Source: Acidimicrobiales bacterium
GTDB taxonomy: Bacteria; Actinomycetota; Acidimicrobiia; Acidimicrobiales; MedAcidi-G1
DNA: 64,000 bases
Assembly: GCA_030747595.1 (NCBI GenBank)
Contig: JASLKK010000001.1
Span: 242,133-306,132 of the forward strand
Reading direction: 5' to 3'
Position 1 is the first letter of the stretch, and every line of letters starts with the position of its first letter. Below, piece after piece: positions 17,721-27,915 of this stretch. The position numbers were made by a program, and so were the translations under genes. The notes under the pieces were generated by a model. It did not search any database. It was given only the letters and a program-made list of their open reading frames with translations, and was not told the origin of the DNA.

Positions 17721-18761
17721 TCAGGACAGGTTCCGGAGGCGACCCTCGAGCAGGGCCATGTCCGCGTCGACCATCATCTCGACCAGCTCCACGAAGCCGA
17801 CGGTGGGCTGCCAGCCGAGTTGGTCGGCGGCCCGGGTGCCGTCACCGACCAGCAGGTCGACCTCGGCCGGCCTGTAGAACTTCTGGTCGACCACCACGTA
17901 CTTCTCCCAGTCCAGTCCGACCCGGGCGAAGGCGGCCTGGCAGAACTCCCGGACGGTGTGGGTCTCGCCGGTGCAGATCACGAAATCCCCGGGTTCGTCC
18001 TGCTGGAGCATCCGCCACATGGCGTCCACGTAGTCGCCGGCGAATCCCCAGTCGCGCTTGGCGTCCAGGTTGCCGAGGCGCAGTTCGGTGGCCTTTCCAA
18101 GGGCGATCTGGGCTGCGGCGTGGCTGATCTTGCGAGTGACGAACTCGAGGCCTCGACGGGGGCTCTCATGGTTGAAGAGCATCCCCGAGCAGGCGTGCAG
18201 CCCGTAGCTCTCCCGATAGTTCACGGTGATCCAGTGCCCGTAGACCTTGGCCACCCCGTAAGGGCTCCTGGGATGGAAGGGGGTGGACTCGTTCTGGGGG
18301 ACCTCGTGGACCTTGCCGAACATCTCGCTCGAGCTGGCCTGGTAGAAGCGGATCGTCGGGTCGACCAGTCGGATCGCGTCGAGCATCCGGGTCACACCGA
18401 GGGCCGTGGTCTCGCCGGTCAAGACCGGCTGGCCGAACGACGTCTGGACGAACGACTGGGCGGCCAGGTTGTAGACCTCGTCGGGAGCGTGCTCCCGGAC
18501 GGCCTCCACCATGGACAGCTGGTCCAGAAGGTCGCCGGAATGGAACTCGACTCGATCCATCAGGTGGGCAATGCGTTCGTAGTTGACCGTGGAACTCCGA
18601 CGGACCATGCCGGTCACCTCGTAGCCGCGGTCCAATAGGAACTCGGCCAGGTAGGAGCCGTCCTGCCCGGTGATGCCCGTGATGAGGGCGCGCTTCGTCG
18701 TAGAGTTGGTAGAGGTTCCAGCAGGGGGGCCGGTTGCTGGGTCAGCCGTGGGGTCAGCCAT
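17721..18761 (-). CDS. gmd: GDP-mannose 4,6-dehydratase
   Basis: Start set at the ATG at 18761 (MADPTADP...), because the longer ORF would overlap the upstream gene. Contains [37 protein letters not shown], and [11 protein letters not shown]. Confidence 0.92.
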   Translation of the reverse strand: MADPTADPATGPPAGTSTNSTTKRALITGITGQDGSYLAEFLLDRGYEVTGMVRRSSTVNYERIAHLMDRVEFHSGDLLDQLSMVEAVREHAPDEVYNLAAQSFVQTSFGQPVLTGETTALGVTRMLDAIRLVDPTIRFYQASSSEMFGKVHEVPQNESTPFHPRSPYGVAKVYGHWITVNYRESYGLHACSGMLFNHESPRRGLEFVTRKISHAAAQIALGKATELRLGNLDAKRDWGFAGDYVDAMWRMLQQDEPGDFVICTGETHTVREFCQAAFARVGLDWEKYVVVDQKFYRPAEVDLLVGDGTRAADQLGWQPTVGFVELVEMMVDADMALLEGRLRNLS

Positions 18762-18765
18762 GGGA

Positions 18766-19686
18766 TCAGTCTGCCGGGGCCGGCTCACGAAGGCGCCGTC
18801 GCCAGTCGTCGAGCAGGTCGGCCAGCGTCGCATCGAGGGTGATCTCGGGTGTCCAGCCGGTGTCGTGGTGGATGCGGGACGGATCGCCCACGAGCTCGGG
18901 GACGTCGGTCGGTCGGTGGAGGGCCGGGTCCTCCTCGAGACGCATGGACCGGTCGGACATGGCCAAGAGGCGGTGGGCAATGTCGCTGACGGCTACTGAT
19001 CGCCCGGTGCAGACGTTGTAGGCGGCGCCCGGTTCGCCGTCCACGGCCAGTCGCCGGTAGGCCCGGACCACGTCGCGGACATCGGTGAAATCCCGGCGGG
19101 CCTCCAGGTTCCCGACGGTGACCACGTCGTGGCCGGCCAACTCGTTGGCGACGACCCGGGCGGCCAGTGCCGAACAGACGAACCGGTCGCTCTGGCCCGG
19201 CCCGAGGTGGTTGAACGACCGTGCCCGGACCACGTCCTGCTGGTGGCCGAGGAAGGCCTGGAGGGCGATCAGGTCGGCGGCCGCCTTGCTGGCGCCGTAG
19301 GGGGACACCGGCCGGAGCGGGGCGTCCTCGGCCAACGGGAGGTCGTCGGGGGCGACAATGCCGTACAGGTCGGCGCTACTCACCGTGACCACACGGCGGA
19401 CGCCGTGGCGGCGGGCGGACGCCAGGAGGTTCAGCGTGCCCTCGGCGTTGGATCGGAGGGTGCCCGCCGCGTCATCCCACGACCCACCCACGTCGGCCTG
19501 GCCGGCCAGGTGGTACACCACCTCAGGTGACGCGGCGGCGATCTCACTGTGGAGGTCCTCGGTAGCCAGGAGGTCGGCGCCGCCCGCCGCCCGATCGGTG
19601 GTGGTCACGTCATCACCCTCGGCCTCCAGGTGGGCGACCAGATGGCGGCCCACGAAGCCTGCGGCACCGGTGACCAGTGCCTTCAT
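18766..19686 (-). CDS. rmd: Extended SDR, GDP-4-dehydro-6-deoxy-D-mannose reductase (Rmd)-like
   Basis: Start at the ATG at 19686 ([20 protein letters not shown]). Catalytic [12 protein letters not shown]. About 306 aa, ending 4 nt upstream of the gmd start. The Rmd versus other GDP-sugar reductase/epimerase assignment is an inference from N-terminal similarity and context. Confidence 0.65.
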   Translation of the reverse strand: MKALVTGAAGFVGRHLVAHLEAEGDDVTTTDRAAGGADLLATEDLHSEIAAASPEVVYHLAGQADVGGSWDDAAGTLRSNAEGTLNLLASARRHGVRRVVTVSSADLYGIVAPDDLPLAEDAPLRPVSPYGASKAAADLIALQAFLGHQQDVVRARSFNHLGPGQSDRFVCSALAARVVANELAGHDVVTVGNLEARRDFTDVRDVVRAYRRLAVDGEPGAAYNVCTGRSVAVSDIAHRLLAMSDRSMRLEEDPALHRPTDVPELVGDPSRIHHDTGWTPEITLDATLADLLDDWRRRLREPAPAD

Positions 19687-19774
19687 CAGTCGGCCATCCG
19701 GGAACGGGCCTGTCGGGGAGCGTCCATCGGAGCATCGTAGGAGCAGGCGCCCGTCAGGGCGGTGAGTCGATCGG

Positions 19775-22700
19775 GTGGATCGGGGTCGCGCCAGTAGTCT
19801 CGGCGGCACCGTGGATGCCGCACCTTCCCCCGTCAGCGGTCAGCCCAGCCCCGCCGCAGGAGTTACTCCGACCCCCCGGGCGTCGTCGGCCCGGGTACTG
19901 GCCGTGATGGTCGTGGCCGACGAGGCACCGGCGCTCGAGGCGACGCTGACTGGTCTGGCCTCTCAGGACCATCCCCGGACCGACATGCTGGTTGTCGACG
20001 TCCGTCGCGACGGAGACGGTTCGGGCCCATCGCTCGTGGAACGGGTGGGGTTGATCGCACCGTCGTCTCTGGTCGTTCAGGCGCCCGGGGTGCGCGGCGG
20101 TGGCCCGGCGGTGTCGGCCGGTCTCCGGGCGTGGGCGACGGCCCACCCGACGGCGTCCGATCCGCGCTTCCTCCTCTTCGTTCCGGGACCGGTCGTTCTC
20201 GGGGATACCGCGGTGCGTCGCCTGGTGGAGCGAGCCGTGGAGGCCAATGCCGCGGTGGTCGGGCCCAAGGTCATCGGTCCGGACGGGGTGCTCGAGGAGA
20301 TGGGTTGGTGGTTTGACGCCCTCGGTTCGCCGGTGCCCGTGGTCCCCGATCCCGAATTCGACCAGGGTCAGCACGACGACTACCTCCAGCCCGAAGCGGT
20401 GGCCGGTGCAGCGTGGATGGTGCGTGCCGACCTGTTCGCCGAGCTGGGTGGCTTCGATCCCGAGGGGGTAGACGGCACGGCCCACCTGGGGTTCTGCCAA
20501 CGGGCCGGTTCTGCCGGAGCGTCGGTGCTGGTGGTCCCGTCGGCGGTCGCCCGACGGGTCGGCGCCCCCGAAGCGGTACGGCACCCTCCGGAACTCGTCC
20601 GGTCGAGGTTCCGGCTCCGACAGGCTTTGGCCGCACCTCTCGGTCGACTGGCCGTGCTGGTCCCCGTGCTGGCGGCGGCGACGGTGGTCGGGGCCCTGTA
20701 TGGCATGGCCACCGGCCGGCTACGGCATGCCCGTGGGTTGCTCGCCGCCTGGACCTGGAACCTCCGCCGCATCGGCTCGGCCCGACGACTCGCTGGGGCT
20801 GGCCCGGCCGGTCGGGGCTCGACTAGCGCGGGGTATCAGGGTCAGCGGGCCTCGTGGTGGTTGGCGTTCCGACGGGTAGCCACCGGGCGGGATCTGGCTG
20901 GAGACGACGACCGGTCCGAAGGGCTTCGGCGGCTGAATGGCGCCTTCGGGGCGGTGTTCGGCCCGGGCGGGTTGGCCATGATGATCGCCGCAGTGGTTCT
21001 GGGCTTCGGTTCTCGTTCTCTGGTGACCGACGGGATGCCGGTCGTCGGCCGCCTCCAGCGGCTACCGGAGGCACCGGGAGCCCTGGTGGACTCGTGGTGG
21101 GCCGGTTGGCGATCCACGGGGATGGGGGCCTCGGGGTCAGGGCCTGATGGTCTGGCCCTCGTCGGTCTGCTGGTCGACCGGTGGCCGGGTTCGCCGGATT
21201 CCGCGTGGACCGTCCTGATCCTCGGTGCGTTCGCCGTGGGGGCGCTTGGCGTCTGGCGCCTCGTACGCCCGGTGGGCGGCGGCCGGTCACGCGCCGTTGC
21301 CGTGCTGGTATATCTGGCGGTTCCGATTCCCTACGACGCACTTCGCGTCGGACGCCTGGCCCCTCTGGCCGCCTATGCCGTCCTGCCCTGGTTGGCTCGC
21401 CGACTGGCCGGAGCCCAGGCCATGGCTCCCTACGGCGTTCGGGGCGGCGATCCAGGCCCAGGCACCCGTCTGAGGGGCCTGTGGGCCGACGTGGTGATGA
21501 CCGGCCTGGCCCTGGCCGCAGTAGTCGCCGTGGATCCAGTCCTGTTGGTTCCTGCCTGCCTGATCGTCGTGGGGTTGGCGGCCGGCACGGTGCTGTCAGG
21601 GAGCCTCGATGGGCTGGTTCGGCTGACGATGGTGGTCGGCGGTGGGACGATGTTGGCTGCCGTGGTCCACCTGCCGGCGGCCGTAGTCGTCGCGGGACGC
21701 GACGGTGCAGGTTGGAGCGGTTGGTGGGGATCGGCATCGGGCGGCGGTTGGGAGGCGACGGGATCGATCGGCCTCTCCGGGGTTCTGGCCCTGGCGCCGG
21801 GAGCCGACGGGCCGACAGCGGTCACAGGGTTGTTCGTCCTTCCGCTGTTGGCCCTCTGTACGGCACGGGGACGGCACCTCTCGGTGGTCGTCCGAGCCTG
21901 GTTCGTGGCCGCTGCAGGGGCTGTGGTGCTGGTATCAGTGGACCAGGGTTGGCTAGGGGTCGAAGATTCGTTCCTCCGGTCGGTGGATCCGGCGGTCCTC
22001 CTCGTGCCGGTGGCCCTCGGCCTTGCCTGGGTATCGGCAGCCGGGGTGGCCGGGCTGGGTGCCGACCTGGCCCACCTGGCCGCACAGGTCCACGTGGGTC
22101 GAATGGCCCGGGTGGTTCGCAACGGGCTGCTAGGAGCAGTGGTGATCAGCCTGGCCATCGGGGCGTTGCCGGTCCTGACCGGTTCGTTCGCCGGCGACTG
22201 GGGAGTGCCGCGTGCCGATCTGACGGTGGCGCTGCCCGGGGCCGGGGCCCGTCTGGCTGATGGTGACACGGTGCCCGGTGGGGATGCCCGTGTCCTGTGG
22301 ATCGGGGATCCACTCGTGCTTCCGGCAGCGGGAATCCCGCTTTCGTGGAGCGATCGTTCGTCCGGCGTGCCGTCGGATCGATTCGACCGCCTGGCGCTTG
22401 CCGTGACCGACGGGCGACCGGACCTGTCTGACCAGTGGTCGCCGGGTGAGACGACCGCGATGGTGGCGTTGCGAGATGCCGTGGGTTCCGCGCTTGACGG
22501 TGCCACCCACCGACTGGGGGCCGATCTGGGCCGATGGGGGGTGGCCCGGGTGGTGGTCGTCGAGCGATCGGCCCCGGTCCCCGGCCCGGGCGTCGAGCGA
22601 CCGGTACCCGGCCGTCTCACCGAAGTGCTGGCCCGACAACTCGACCTGGAGCGCGTCGAGGCGGTGAACCGGTCGGTGACCGTGTATCGCAACACAGCGG

Positions 22701-23086
22701 TAGAGGCCCCGTTCTCGGTGGTTCGGGACCGGAACCGGCGGGTTGTCCCCGCTGGGGTGACCCGCCGTTCGCTGACCCGGTGGGTGGTCGAGGTTCCGGC
22801 GGACGGCGCCCTGCGTTGGATGGTGGGTCCCGACGACCGCTGGGAAGTCGGGGTCGACGGGCAGCCGGCGACGGTACTGGCGCCCGACGCGGACCATGGA
22901 GTACCGGGGCGGCCATCGGTCAGGGTGGCCACCGGGAGCATGGCCACGTTCGAGGTCGACGATGACGGGCTAGCCCGGCGTCGCCAGATCCAACTGGTAC
23001 TGGTCGCCGTGTTGGTGCTGCTGGCCAGTTGGGCTCGCACGTCCCGGGACTCGAAGCGACGACAGCAGCGGGCGGGGATCCGATGA
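19775..23086 (+). CDS. Giant glycosyltransferase family 2 protein fused to a large polytopic membrane domain and a C-terminal extracytoplasmic region
   Basis: 1103-aa ORF with a GTG start (the alternative GTG at 19811 is in frame). The GT2 core spans roughly aa 40-290 (RVLAVMVVADEAPALEATLTGLASQDHPRTDMLVVDV; GAAWMVRADLFAELGGFDPEG). After it come many hydrophobic helices rich in Ala/Leu/Val/Gly, then a final TM segment (IQLVLVAVLVLLASWA). Confidence 0.8.
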   Translation: MDRGRASSLGGTVDAAPSPVSGQPSPAAGVTPTPRASSARVLAVMVVADEAPALEATLTGLASQDHPRTDMLVVDVRRDGDGSGPSLVERVGLIAPSSLVVQAPGVRGGGPAVSAGLRAWATAHPTASDPRFLLFVPGPVVLGDTAVRRLVERAVEANAAVVGPKVIGPDGVLEEMGWWFDALGSPVPVVPDPEFDQGQHDDYLQPEAVAGAAWMVRADLFAELGGFDPEGVDGTAHLGFCQRAGSAGASVLVVPSAVARRVGAPEAVRHPPELVRSRFRLRQALAAPLGRLAVLVPVLAAATVVGALYGMATGRLRHARGLLAAWTWNLRRIGSARRLAGAGPAGRGSTSAGYQGQRASWWLAFRRVATGRDLAGDDDRSEGLRRLNGAFGAVFGPGGLAMMIAAVVLGFGSRSLVTDGMPVVGRLQRLPEAPGALVDSWWAGWRSTGMGASGSGPDGLALVGLLVDRWPGSPDSAWTVLILGAFAVGALGVWRLVRPVGGGRSRAVAVLVYLAVPIPYDALRVGRLAPLAAYAVLPWLARRLAGAQAMAPYGVRGGDPGPGTRLRGLWADVVMTGLALAAVVAVDPVLLVPACLIVVGLAAGTVLSGSLDGLVRLTMVVGGGTMLAAVVHLPAAVVVAGRDGAGWSGWWGSASGGGWEATGSIGLSGVLALAPGADGPTAVTGLFVLPLLALCTARGRHLSVVVRAWFVAAAGAVVLVSVDQGWLGVEDSFLRSVDPAVLLVPVALGLAWVSAAGVAGLGADLAHLAAQVHVGRMARVVRNGLLGAVVISLAIGALPVLTGSFAGDWGVPRADLTVALPGAGARLADGDTVPGGDARVLWIGDPLVLPAAGIPLSWSDRSSGVPSDRFDRLALAVTDGRPDLSDQWSPGETTAMVALRDAVGSALDGATHRLGADLGRWGVARVVVVERSAPVPGPGVERPVPGRLTEVLARQLDLERVEAVNRSVTVYRNTAVEAPFSVVRDRNRRVVPAGVTRRSLTRWVVEVPADGALRWMVGPDDRWEVGVDGQPATVLAPDADHGVPGRPSVRVATGSMATFEVDDDGLARRRQIQLVLVAVLVLLASWARTSRDSKRRQQRAGIR

Positions 23087-24567
23087 ACGCCACCCGGGGT
23101 CCGGCCATCCTGGTGCTGGCTGCCATGACGGCTGCGGCGGCCGCGCTCTCTTCCGGACCGGTCGAGGTGTCAGGCGCCGAGGCCCGCCCTGAGGCCCGAG
23201 CCGCCACGACCCTCGACAGTTCCTCGACGGCCCTCTGGTTCTGTACCGGGCCGACCGCTGAACTGGACGGGATCGATGAGCGGACCGTCGAGGTGGTGGG
23301 GATCTCGGCTTCACCCACCGAGGGTCGGGTGACGGTGGTGGACGAAGCCGGTCGGGCCGTGGAGCGGGCCTTCAGGATCGATCCGGGAGACCGCCTCAGG
23401 ATCTCGCCCGGCCAGTTCGTCTCCGGGGCGATGTTCGCCGGTGTCACCGTCGAGGTCAGGGGTGGTGCCGCCGTGGTAGGCCAGACGGTGGCCGGTCCGG
23501 ACGGAGCGGATCGTCGGCCATGCACGACCAGGGCTTCTGATACCTGGGTGGTGCCCTGGTCGACCACGGCCCGGCCCGGAAATCGTGCCTGGGTGCTGCT
23601 CCACAATCCGTTCCGAGCCGCAGCGGTGGCCGATCTACGGTTCGTCGGCGACATCGGTCGCCGCGAGACTTTGGACTCCCAGGGCGTCGTGGTGCCCGGC
23701 CGTTCCATTGTGGCCTACGACGTGACGGAGCGGATCGCCGATTCCGCGGTCGTTTCGGCCACCATCGACGTCCGCGTGGGTCGGGTGGTGGTTACTCGAC
23801 TCCAGGCGTCGGACGGGTCGGGCCCCCTGGCCACCCGGGGTCTGGACCTGGCTCCCGGGGTGCCGGAGCTCGCCACCCGGGCATTCATTCCCGGGGTCGG
23901 CACGGGAGCGGTGTCGACCGGAAGCCCGGGTGCCGGTACGTCGGTGGTGGTCGTCAACACGGGCGTGGAGGCCGTTGAGGCCGAGGTGGTGGTCCGGACC
24001 GGTGAAGAGGTGACCGGCCTGGAGCCGTGGCGTCTGGTGCTGAGGGCCGGCCAGCGCCACGTGGTGGACCTAGATGCCGGTCGTCTCGAGGGGGCTGACG
24101 CCTTCGGGGTGGAAGTGAGGACGCTGGACGGTCGCCCGATCGCCGCTTCGGTGGTGCAGCGGTTCGGAGGTGACGGTGTCTCAGAGGCCAGTAGTTCAGT
24201 AGAGGGCGGCCTGGCGGTACGGCCGGCGGCTGTCGTGGCGGCTCGAGGGTGGGTGGTGGATCTCAATGATCGGTACGGGGCCACCGCTGATGTCCTCGCC
24301 GTCATGAATCCAGCCAGCGAGGGAATCGCCACCATCGAGGTGAAGGTTCTGGCCGGGACAGCACCGGCTGGTGTGGCGCGTTCGGTGGAGTTGGCGCCCG
24401 GGACGCAGGTCTCGTTCGATCTGGCGGGCGGACCACCGGCGGTTCTGGCCGTGGAGTCCACGGCGCCGGTCATTGTCTCTATCCACAGCAGGACAGGTGA
24501 GGGAGCAACCGCTTCTTTCGCAGTGGCGGTCGCCGGGACCGAGGCCCGGCCCGTTCCCAGCAACTGA
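23083..24567 (+). CDS. Secreted/anchored beta-rich protein, DUF5719-like
   Basis: The ATG at 23083 overlaps the upstream stop (ATGA). N-terminal signal/anchor (AILVLAAMTAAAAALSS). The remainder is repetitive and Val/Gly/Ala-rich with beta-strand character. The DUF5719 assignment is from memory of the conserved pairing with the giant GT2. Confidence 0.6.
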   Translation: MNATRGPAILVLAAMTAAAAALSSGPVEVSGAEARPEARAATTLDSSSTALWFCTGPTAELDGIDERTVEVVGISASPTEGRVTVVDEAGRAVERAFRIDPGDRLRISPGQFVSGAMFAGVTVEVRGGAAVVGQTVAGPDGADRRPCTTRASDTWVVPWSTTARPGNRAWVLLHNPFRAAAVADLRFVGDIGRRETLDSQGVVVPGRSIVAYDVTERIADSAVVSATIDVRVGRVVVTRLQASDGSGPLATRGLDLAPGVPELATRAFIPGVGTGAVSTGSPGAGTSVVVVNTGVEAVEAEVVVRTGEEVTGLEPWRLVLRAGQRHVVDLDAGRLEGADAFGVEVRTLDGRPIAASVVQRFGGDGVSEASSSVEGGLAVRPAAVVAARGWVVDLNDRYGATADVLAVMNPASEGIATIEVKVLAGTAPAGVARSVELAPGTQVSFDLAGGPPAVLAVESTAPVIVSIHSRTGEGATASFAVAVAGTEARPVPSN

Positions 24568-24568
24568 G

Positions 24569-24630
24569 GGCCGGTTTCAGAAGGCTTGTTTCGGAAGGCC
24601 CGTTTCGGAAGAACTGTTCTGGAAGGCTGG
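24569..24630. repeat. Non-coding 14-bp tandem repeat x4 (GGCnnGTTTCnGAA), each unit with a TTCnGAA palindromic core
   Basis: ggccggtttcagaa / ggcttgtttcggaa / ggcccgtttcggaa / gaactgttctggaa, followed by ggctgg. The repeat begins 2 nt after the stop at 24565-24567 and ends 18 nt before the convergent gene's stop. Confidence 0.9.
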
Positions 24631-24647
24631 TCGACAGGATGGCGGGT

Positions 24648-25094
24648 TCAGGAGCCGGCGCTGCAGCCGTCGGGCGTGGAGCCCGGATTTCGTAGCTCAG
24701 CCAACGAGCCCCAGAGGTGGGTGGCGCTGACCGGGCCCATGTGGTGGTCGCGGACCACGCCGAGGGCATCGGCGATCAGCACCATGGGAACAGCGTCGAC
24801 GGCATACCGGTCGTGGATGGCCCGGTGGGTTCCGACCTCCACCTCTTGAACGGCGACCTCGGCGCTAGCCAGGGGAGAAGCGGTGGCCATCACCGATTCG
24901 CACGAGTCGCAGGTAGCCGAGGTGAACACGGCGACCAGCCAGGCCACGTCGGGTTGCTCAAAGTCGTCGCGGTCGAGTTGTTCGGGAACCGTCCAGCCGG
25001 TCCGGACCGGTGCATCGGGTCGACGTCGTTGCAGCAGCCGTGCGGCGATGGCGGCAGCTGTGGCCACCACGACGAGCAGGATCAGGCGGTCCAT
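24648..25094 (-). CDS. Small membrane-anchored thioredoxin-like protein (CxxC)
   Basis: 148-aa ORF with high GC3. N-terminal TM helix (LILLVVVATAAAIAARLL) and a CDSC motif in the context VAVFTSATCDSCESV. The function is a guess. Confidence 0.5.
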   Translation of the reverse strand: MDRLILLVVVATAAAIAARLLQRRRPDAPVRTGWTVPEQLDRDDFEQPDVAWLVAVFTSATCDSCESVMATASPLASAEVAVQEVEVGTHRAIHDRYAVDAVPMVLIADALGVVRDHHMGPVSATHLWGSLAELRNPGSTPDGCSAGS

Positions 25095-25120
25095 GGAATC
25101 AGTCGTCGGTCGGGCTGGGC

Positions 25121-27091
<1,971 letters not shown>

Positions 27092-27171
27092 CGTACGGGG
27101 GCCCTGCGACGCTCCGACCGTCGGCGGCCCGTTGGTGGCCCGTCGGTGACCGGTAGTGGCCCGTCGGTAGG

Positions 27172-27915
27172 GTGCGCCCGATGGAGGGCCCGACGGAAGG
27201 TGAGGTGGTCGCGTCGTCGCGTCCGTCCGTCGCCTGGGGTCTGGGCCACGTGGCGGTCGGATGGGTGGTCGGCCTGATAGCCACCGTGGCGGCCCTGGGC
27301 GTGGTCGTGGCCATCGCGGGTGACGAAACGGCCAAGGATCCCAGTCTGGCCGTGGGAGCGCTCATCCAGGGTGCCCTGTACGTGGGGTTGGTCGGGGTCC
27401 CGGCGTGGCTGGTGATGGTCCGCGGGGTCAGGTGGGCCGACTTCGGCTGGGCCGGGCCAGGCCGGGGCGGTCACTGGCGAGACGCCTGGCACGGCCTGAT
27501 CATCGGCGTGGTGGCTCAGGTGGCAGTCGTCCCGGCCATCTACCTCCCGATCCTTTTGCTGACCGACGACCTGGATATCTCGGGGCCGGCCCGTGAACTG
27601 GTCGACCGGGCCGACGGGCTCGGCATTGTCCTGCTGGTCCTGATGGTGGTGGTGCTGGCCCCCGTGGCCGAGGAACTTTTCTTCCGCGGGATGGCGCTTC
27701 GGGCGTTGGAGGCACGGATGGCCCGACGGATTGCACTGGTCGTCTCGGCTTCCTTCTTCGGACTGACCCACTTCCAACTCCTGCAGCTTCCGGCGCTGAT
27801 CATGATCGGGTTGGTGTGCGGATGGTTGGCCCAACGCGACGGGCGGCTGGGCCGGGCCGTATGGGCCCACGTGGGCTTCAACGCCACCACGATCGTGATC
27901 CTGTTGGCCGGATGA
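27172..27915 (+). CDS. CPBP family intramembrane glutamic endopeptidase (CAAX protease-like)
   Basis: Polytopic. Motif 1 APVAEELFFRG and motif 2 FGLTHF, plus a later HVGFN. Confidence 0.85.
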   Translation: MRPMEGPTEGEVVASSRPSVAWGLGHVAVGWVVGLIATVAALGVVVAIAGDETAKDPSLAVGALIQGALYVGLVGVPAWLVMVRGVRWADFGWAGPGRGGHWRDAWHGLIIGVVAQVAVVPAIYLPILLLTDDLDISGPARELVDRADGLGIVLLVLMVVVLAPVAEELFFRGMALRALEARMARRIALVVSASFFGLTHFQLLQLPALIMIGLVCGWLAQRDGRLGRAVWAHVGFNATTIVILLAG

